DNA of 64,000 bases from assembly GCF_009914755.1 (NCBI RefSeq), contig NC_060944.1. One strand, 5' to 3'. The notes beneath the pieces were generated by a model. The model was not told the DNA's origin and searched no databases. It saw only the letters and a list, made by a program, of their open reading frames with translations. Source of the stretch: the human T2T-CHM13v2.0 reference genome, Homo sapiens. Positions 55,778 through 64,000 of the stretch are shown piece by piece. Position 1 is the stretch's first letter; each line of letters starts with the position of its first letter. Position numbers and translations under genes: made by a program.

Positions 55778-56947
55778 GAAGTGCACCCTGCATAACAATG
55801 TTTTGGTTAATATTGATGGTCCCATGGGATCATAATGAAGCTGAAAAATTTCTATCTTCTTAAGGTTGTAACACAATGCATGAGTCATGTGTTTTTGGTG
55901 ATGCTGGTGTAAGCAAACCATTCTGTGCTGTCAGTCACACATTTATGTACAGCACATATATATGTATAGCACACAATACTTAAGATAATAAACTATATTA
56001 TTGTTTTACGAATTTGCTATACTTCTTATCACTACTTTAGAGTATACTTTTTCTACTTATAAAAAAATACAAGTTAAATGTAAAACAGTCTCAGGCAGTT
56101 CCTTCTGGAGGTATTCCAGAAGAAGGCACTGTTATCACAGGAGATGACAGCTCCCTGCGTGTTATTGCCCCTGAAGACCTCCCAGTGGGACAAGATGTGG
56201 AGGAGGAAGACAGTGATATTGATGATCCTGACTTCTGTGTAGGCCTAGGCTAATGTGTGAGTTTGTGTCTTGGTTTTTAACAAAAAGTTCAAAAGTTTAA
56301 AAAAAAAGGTAAAAATACAAAAAAAGTTTATAGAACACATATATATAGAAAAAGTATTTTTTGTACAACATACAATGTCTTTGTGTTTTAAGCTATTATT
56401 TCCAAAAAGTCAAAACGTTTAAACAAATTTTGATTTTATAAATTTAAAAATTTATACATTAAGGTTACTTTATTATTGAAGAAAAACTTTTTAAAAATAA
56501 ATTTAGTGTAGCCTAAGTGTACAGTGTTTATAAAGTCTACAGTAGGGTACTGTAATGTGTGAGGCCTTCACACTCACTCACCACTCACTCACTCACTCCT
56601 GAAGGCAGCTTCTAGTCCTGAAAGCTCCCTTCATGGCAAGTGCCCTACACAGGTGTACCCTTTAAAGAAATCTTTTATACCATACTTTTACTGTATCTTT
56701 TCTATGTTTAGATATGTTTAGATACACAAATACCATTGTGTTACAATTGTCTGCAGTATTCAGGAAAGTAACATGCTGTTCACATTTGTAGCCTAGGAGC
56801 AATAGACTTTACCATACAGCCTAGGTATGTAGTAGGCTACACCATCTAGGTTTGTGTAAGTCCCTCTGTTGATGTTCACACGATGGTGAAATCACCTAGC
56901 AAAGCATTTCTGAGAACATATCCCCATCATTAACCAATGCATGATGA
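55778..56947 (+). mobile_element. Tigger3b (MER7B)-like non-autonomous DNA transposon
   Basis: gcataacaatgttttggttaa...gctgaaaaatt...aggtattccagaagaaggc...gttattgcccctgaagacct.ccagtgggacaagatgtggag...catttctgagaacatatcccc. Confidence 0.85.
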
Positions 56948-57437
56948 CAGGTAAAAAGGTTGATTACTGCCAAATAGTACTTTTGAAAAAGTTAAAACTA
57001 GGACTTTCACACAAATATGAAATGAATATATGTCAAAGATTTTGTTAAACCTATTGATAAATGAGAGAACCAGTAAAGTGATAGAACCAGTTCAAGGAAC
57101 GTTTGCAGAGCTAGATATTCATAGGCAAGTTAATAAAGGAAAATTAAGATAAGATTGCTAAGTTAGAGATAAAAGCAGCTAATTTCCTACAGGACAAGAG
57201 AGCATAACTTTTGGAATTATCATTTCTTCTAGATATAAATAATTATTTTAGTCTCTGTTGAATAAAAGTCTACAAATGTAGACATGTAACCTCACTAAAT
57301 CTGGACTCTTTTATCAATAGTAATTGGTAGGTTGGACAAAGCTCATCTCCATAGAAATTCAAGGATGCTTCTTTCCCCCCATACAACATTCTGCTGCTTA
57401 TCTTTTGCCTTATTTTCAAGTTTTGGGTAATTTTTTA

Positions 57438-57457
57438 ACAACAACAACAACAACAAA
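57438..57457. repeat. (CAA)n
   Basis: Directly visible. Confidence 0.85.
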
Positions 57458-58238
57458 ATTTAGGAGCAATAGCATATGAGACAGAGGAAAAACAGTGGGA
57501 TTCCAGGCTTCCTCACTGGGCTTTGTTAAGCAGAAAGTTAAGGAGAGAAGACACCTGAGATAGGCCTTCTACAAATGAGAAAATTTCCAATAGGACAAAA
57601 TGTGGGGGGAGCTGGCATAGGTAGAAGGAAGGCAAAAACAGGTAAATCCCAAGAACCATTTGACAGGCAATGTTGTATTTACTTTTGTAACAGATATAGC
57701 ACTGTGACTGGGGGCCAGTTTATGAGAGACATTACTTTATACTTTGCTGCATTTGTTGTGGTGATGGTTTTTTTAAGTTAGAAAATCAGATCATCTGCAT
57801 ACTGAAGAGCAGTTATGAGTCAGTTGTTTTTAAAGCCATACATTTATATGTTAGAGAATTTAAACTCTTTCAGAGGAAAATGCAAAAGCAATGAATGTAG
57901 AAGGCAGTGAAGACAGAGATGATTTTAATGCACCCAGGTATTAAAACTGAGCAGAGCCTCTAATTATTCAACATTATTCTGAAATTCTCTTTCATCACAC
58001 CATAGGCTTTTTTTTCCCTCTTCTTTTCTATTTCACCTCCATTTCTTTTCTCTCTGGCCCCAGATATGAAATGAAATCTGGGAGCAACCACAATTTCTGT
58101 CTCACTGGCTGAGCAGGATGCTTCTGAAAGAAGCAGCATCTATATATAGTTTTTCTTCTTAGGCTGCAGGTGTGGGATGGAATAGAATGAAATGGAACAG
58201 AATGGAGCAAAAAGGAATGGAATGTTATCTCTCCTGAA

Positions 58239-59051
58239 ATTTTTTTTATTTAAATTATGGATGCATAATAGTTGTACATATGTATGTGGTACATGTTATA
58301 TTTTCATATAGGCATACAATGTATAATGATCAAATAAAGGTAATTGGGATATCCAATTACCTTCAGCAATAGTTTTTTTGTGTGTTAGGAACATTCCAAT
58401 GGCACTCTTTTAGTTATTTTAAAGTATACAAATAATGATTGTTAATCATAGTTGCCCTATTGTGATACTCAATACTAGATCTTATTTATTCTAACTGTAC
58501 TTTTGTGCCCATTAACCATTCCCTCTTTATCCCCCCTCCCCACTTCCTTTCATAGCTTCTGGTAACCATCATTTTACTTTCTATCTCCATGAGATCATTT
58601 TTTTTTTTTTAGCTCCCACATATAAGTGAGACCATGCAATGTTTTTCTTTCTTTGCCTGACTTATTTCACTTAATAGAATGTCCTCCAGTTTTGTCCACA
58701 TTGTTGCAAATGACAGTAATTATTTTTAATGGCTTAATAGTATTCTGTTGTGTGTATGTACCATTTTTCTTTATTCAACTGTTAAAAGACACTTAGGTTG
58801 ATTGCATATCATGGCTGCAGTAAATATGGGAGTGCAAATATCTCTCTGATACACTGGTATCCTTTCCTTTGATTATATACCCAGTAGTGGGATTGTTGGG
58901 TCATATGGTAGTTCTGTTTTTAGTTCTTGAAGGAACCTCCACACTGTTCTCCATAGTGGCTGTACCAGCTTACATTCCCTCACAACATTGTATGAAGGCT
59001 CCTCCCCTCTCTCCAAATCTGTGCTAGCATTTGTTATTGCCTGTCTTTTGA
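58239..59051 (-). mobile_element. L1MA (L1MA4-like) 3' end
   Basis: gttgtacata...catacaatgtataatgatcaaat...ctggtaaccatcatt...agctcccacatataagtgag...tttgttattgcctgtcttttg. Confidence 0.85.
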
Positions 59052-60140
59052 ATTAAACTCTTTCTGCTGTTAATAATGTAATAATGTATTTACTTAGCTC
59101 CATTTTTCTCTTTGATATTAATTTCCATTTTGCAAAAGAAGTCACATTAAGAAATGTTTATTAATTTAAAATCTCTTTACTAATTGGGCTTTGCCAGTAG
59201 GTAATAAACTATGGGCCATGAGGTTATTCAATCTTGCAGTATTTTTTCCAGGAAGGTGGTAAAATATGACCATAGAACAAACTATTGGCCTTGCTATATG
59301 AGCTGCTGTGATTAGACATTTCCAAGCCCAGCTTAAGGCAACATCTAACCAGAAGAGCTCTAAATATAAACTAAATGAGGTGCTGCTCTAGTAATCCATT
59401 TATACACAGCATTTATTTTAGCCATTTTTTTTCATTTGACTGTTGGCAGTCGATCATTGGATTTATACGGTTTGGCATTGATCTTGGAGAAGGCCAGTTT
59501 GGTGCCCACGTCAAACATGCCCAATATTCTATTGTCCATGTGACTCCCTAGAATTAATTAGAAAACATTTCAAAAGGGCCACTCTAGGATTTAATACTAT
59601 CAATAATAGTTGTTTAACCCAAAATATGATGAATCTTTGCTTTATTTATTTCTAATTGGGCAGTTTTGCATTTTGCCGAGTAGGATTAATAAGCAGGTTA
59701 AGTCTAATTGGCTTGCTTTGACTGAAGGGCTGAATCATTTCAATATAGAAACCTGTACTTTTTATAATTTGAAAAAAATCCACCCAAATCAATCCTGAAC
59801 AATTTTTATTTTACTTTCTCAATTTTTCTTTTTAGGTCATTTAAACATCTTGGGTCCTTTTACATGAACAGCAAGACTGATGCTTTTTGAAGAAAAGTCT
59901 GTCTTCAGATAGAAAAGGCTTCTGTTTGTATAGAACAATTAGCTAAAATTAGCATGTAAATTTGAACAATATCATATTGTGAAGCTGATTGGGCCTGGAG
60001 GTTGGGATGCAAGTAACTTCTCTTGTTTATTGTATGCAAATATAGCCACTTAGCTTTAATTGGACATTGAAACCCAGAACAATTATCAACAATTGCTTTA
60101 GTATTAATGCACAGTGGGAACTGCCTATCATGACTTTTTA

Positions 60141-62269
60141 TTTTTTTCTTAACATTTAATTTTTAATTTTTGTGGGTACATGGTAGGTGTATATTTTTAG
60201 AAAGTACATGAGATATTTTTGAAACAGGCATACAATGTATAATACTCACATCAGGTTAAATGGGGTATTTATCACCTCAAGCATTTATCCTTTCTGTGTT
60301 ACAAACAATCCAATTATACTCTTAGTTATTTAAAAATGTATAATAAATAATTGTTAACTGTAGTCACTCTGTTATGCTATCAAATACTAGATCTTATTTC
60401 TTCTATGTAACTATATTTTTGTACCCATTAACCATCCACACTTCCCCCTTACACCTACCCTTCCTAGCCTCTGGTAACCATCATTCTACTCTATCTGCAT
60501 GAGTTCAATTATTTTAATTTTTAGCTCCCACAAATAAGTGAGAACATGTAAAGCTTGTCTTTCTGTGCCTGGCTTATTTCACTTAACACAATGACCTTCA
60601 GTTCCATCCATGGTGTTGTAAATGACAGGATCTCATTATTTTTATGGCTAAATAGTACTCCATTGCGTATATGTACCATGTTTTATTTATTCATTCACCT
60701 GTTGATGGACACTTAGGTTGCTTCCACATCTTGGCTATTGTGAATAGTGCTGCAATAAATATGGAAGTGCAGATATCCTTTTGATATACTGATTTCCTTT
60801 CTTTGAATGTATACCTAGCTGTGGGATTGCTGGATTGCATAGTAGTTCTATTTTTAGTTTTCTGAGAAACCTCCAAACTGTTCTCCATAGTGGTTATACT
60901 AATTTGCATTCCCACCAACAGTGTACAAGGACTCCCTTTTCTCCACATCCTTTCCAGCATTTTGTTATTGCCTGACTTTTAGATAAAAGCAATTTTAACT
61001 GGGATAAGATAATATCTCATTGTAGTTTTGATTTGCATTTCTCTGATGATCAGTGATATTGAACACATTTTCATTTACCTGTTTGCCATTTGTATGTCTT
61101 CTTTTGAGAAATGTCTCAAAACCTTTTGGCCAGATTATTAGTTTTATTTTTCTCTATAGTGTTGTTTGAGCTCCTTATATATTCTGGTTATCAACCCTTT
61201 GTCAGATGGATAGCTTGCAAATATTCTCTCCGATTCTGTGGGTTGTTTCTTCACTTTGTTGCTTGTTTCCTTTGTTGTACAGAAGCTTTTTAATTTGATG
61301 TGCTTCTATTTGTGCATTTTTGCTTTGGTTGTCTGTGCTTGTGGGGTATTACTGAAGGAATCTTTGCCCAGACCAATGTCCTGGAGAGTATCCCCATTGT
61401 TTTCTTTTAGTAGTTTCATAGTTTGAGGTCTCAGATTTAAGTCTTTAACTCATTTTGATTTGATTTTTGTTTACGGTGAGAGATAAGGGTCTGGTTTAAT
61501 TTTTCTCTATATAGATATTCAGTTTTCCTAGGATTTTTTTTTCTCTTTCTGCAATGTTTGTTCTTGGCACCTTTGTAAAAATTGAGTTCACTATAGATGT
61601 ATAGATTTGTTTTTGGTTCTCTATTTTGTTTTGTTGGTCTATGTGCCTGTTTTTATGCCAGTACCACACTGTTTTGGTTACTATAGCTCTGTAGCATAAT
61701 TTGAAGTCAAGTAACATGATTCCCCTAGTTTTGTTCTTTTTGGTCAGAATAATTTTGGTGATTCTGGGTCTTTTTTGGTTCTATATAATTTTTAGGATTT
61801 TTTATCTATTTCTGTGAAAAACGTCATTGGCATTTTTTATAGGGATTGCATTGAATCTGTATCTCGCTTTGGGTAATATGGATATTTTAACAATATTGAT
61901 TCTTCCAATCCATGAACGTGGAATATCTTGCCCTTTTTGTGTGTGTCCTCTTCAATTTTCTGCATCAATACTTTATACTGCTCATTGTAGAGATCTTTCA
62001 CTTCTTTGGCTAAGTTAGTTCCTAGGTATTTTATTTTACTCATGGCTATTAAAAATGCTATTACTTTCTTGATTTCTTTTTTGGATTGTTCACTGTTGGT
62101 ATCTAGAAATGCTACTGATTTTGTGTGTTGATTTTGTATCCTGAAATTTTACTGAATTTGTTTATCAGTTCTAATAGTTTTTTTGGTGGAATCTTTAGTT
62201 TTTTCCAAATATAAGATAATATTACCTGCAAACAGGATAATTTGACTTCCTTTCCAATTTGAATGCCCC
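60141..62269 (-). mobile_element. L1MA2/3-like, 5'-truncated ~2.1 kb (3'UTR + degraded ORF2 end)
   Basis: Minus-strand ORFs give ORF2p motifs ([25 protein letters not shown]; KIKYLGTNLAKEVKDLYNE). 14-bp TSD atcatgacttttta/atcaggacttttta (60127-60140/62270-62283). Confidence 0.92.
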
Positions 62270-62600
62270 ATCAGGACTTTTTAAATGGCAGAGACTTATA
62301 AGCAATTGATACTGCATCCAAAGAATGACAATCTTTGTGCTCATCCTTTGCACAATAAAATCAAGTATAGGCCAAAATCTGGCCAATAAGGTTTCTATCA
62401 GTGTCTTTCCATTTCCTCTAATTGTGCCTTTTTGCTTTGTGGAAATTAATGGAAGATGCCTCTTTGAATAAAAGGAAGTTCAAAATAAAATTTACTATTT
62501 TGAGAAGATCCAGAATGTGGACTGTTTTCAAGCAGATATTTGACAGTTCTTAATCTGGTGGGATTCTAAAAGGTCAGTAAGTTGGCTTCCTACCAGTTAT

Positions 62601-63245
62601 TGCTGGGGCAAAGGGAACCTTCCTTCATTCTTTGATTCAGAATTTCAGTCTCTAGAATAAACTTGAGAGTAGACAGGTTAATAGGAGAAAAAGCATACAC
62701 ATTTATTATGTACATACACATGAGGTCCCACAGAGTGTGAGACTCAAAGAAGGGCAAGATGATTGAAGCTTAAAAAGCATTTTGAGCTACAGAAATAGGG
62801 TTTTAAAGACTCTTGGAGGGTGGTGGCAACAAGCTATGAATGGGTGAATGGAGGAACCACACTGCAGACAAAGGATGTCTTATTCTGCGGATAGTCTCGC
62901 AGGTTGCAGCCCTCAGAAGAATAGGTGAAAAGTCTCTCTGAGCACAGTATCCTGGGCATGGAGACCTTTTAGTCTCCTCTCCTGCCACAAAGAGTTAGAG
63001 GATGAGGGGATTAACAACAATCTCATTCCTCCTGGAGGAATTTTCCCTAGTGAAATAAGGGAACTTCAGAGAAAGCCCCCTGACCACCCCAAACTTCATG
63101 AGAGAAAGAGGATAGTGAGATGGACAGACTGGGCCTGGGGAATGGTGAGAAGTGAAGTGGGAGGGGTCAGAGAGACCTTAGATCTGAGGCTGCTTCTTTG
63201 GTTAAAAGCACCATACTTCTGGGTATTGTTTTCTGAGCCCAAACA
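62601..63245 (-). mobile_element. ERV1 (MER4-group, MER31/MER39-like) solo LTR
   Basis: TG...CA termini, 4-bp TSD TTAT (62597-62600/63246-63249). Minus strand begins tgtttgggctcagaaaacaatacccag. Confidence 0.8.
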
Positions 63246-64000
63246 TTATTAAATCATATTATATTTGAATATCACAAATGAAAATCATTACATGAATTAA
63301 TCAGATCTTGATGTTCTTTTAACAGTATGGCAGCACCTGGAGAAAACTGTGAAATAGGTATACTTGATTTAGTCTTTGGCTTTAGAATTGCAAGGAAGAG
63401 GTGCTAAGAAGTGGCTATTTGATCACCCTGCAAGCTCTCCTCTCTGTGTTTTCCTGTTCCCAGGTTTTCTCCTTCTGCTTTGGTCTGCCAGTCCTAAAGA
63501 GGAAACACATTCACACTCAATCAGGAGTAACTTACTTCCATTCACTCTTCCAGGAGTATTTGAGCATCAAAATGGGACTGTGAAAAGGAAATGCATTATC
63601 TGAAGGAATGGATGCCAAGACCCCACCAGCAAATGTGGAAATTTGAGGGGAGTGGGTTCTGTGCACCTCGAATTCAGCCACATGTTTACCCATGCTACTC
63701 TACCTAACCAATGAGCTGCCCTTTCTTGGCAATTCAGTCTTCTTTCAATATATTAAGAGCAGGGTGTTATCATGTGACTCATTTTTTTTCGATGTAACTT
63801 TAGCTGCTTGCAGAAATAAAATTGCTTCTTAATAGCAGATCTAAAGAGGGACAAATCACAAGAATGTTCCAGTTAAATTTATATTTTCTGTAAATATGCC
63901 AACTGCACTTGCACTTCTTTTTCTTTCTTCTTTTTTCTTATTTTCACATTTTCCCTGAACCTTCTCTTACTGAAAAGAAAATAAAAGGCTATAACCATGC

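Noticed and set aside
58172-58224. (GGAAT)n satellite III-like tract
   Set aside because: Only ~50 bp and degenerate; a simple repeat.
60691-62043. ORFs with L1 ORF2p similarity
   Set aside because: Stop- and frameshift-ridden pieces of a truncated L1MA; not active.

Overview
Human genomic DNA, AT-rich and gene-poor. The only coding sequence is one 122-bp internal exon (+ strand, 28194-28315) encoding (Y)VIHTVGPIARGHINGSHKEDLANCYKSSLKLVKENNIRSV. This is part of the macrodomain of MACROD2 (mono-ADP-ribosylhydrolase, 20p12.1), and from recall it is exon 6. Everything else is intron: Alus (including a human-specific AluYb7/8 and an AluYi6-like copy), old L1/HAL1, L2, MIR, MaLR/ERVL/ERV1 solo LTRs, hAT and Tigger DNA-transposon fossils, and microsatellites. 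The other ORF-track entries are repeat-derived or chance ORFs. I see no evidence of a new multi-gene system. The best second-look items are local: a rearranged Alu that has gained a perfect splice donor, a perfect 18-bp inverted repeat, a layered local duplication, RBFOX motifs downstream of the exon, same-orientation Alus and a (TA)25 tract around a frameshifting exon, a probable ancient Tigger transposase relic, and a CpG-rich insert inside HAL1. Repeat subfamily names come from recalled consensus sequences, not from a RepeatMasker run. Boundaries of old repeats are approximate.
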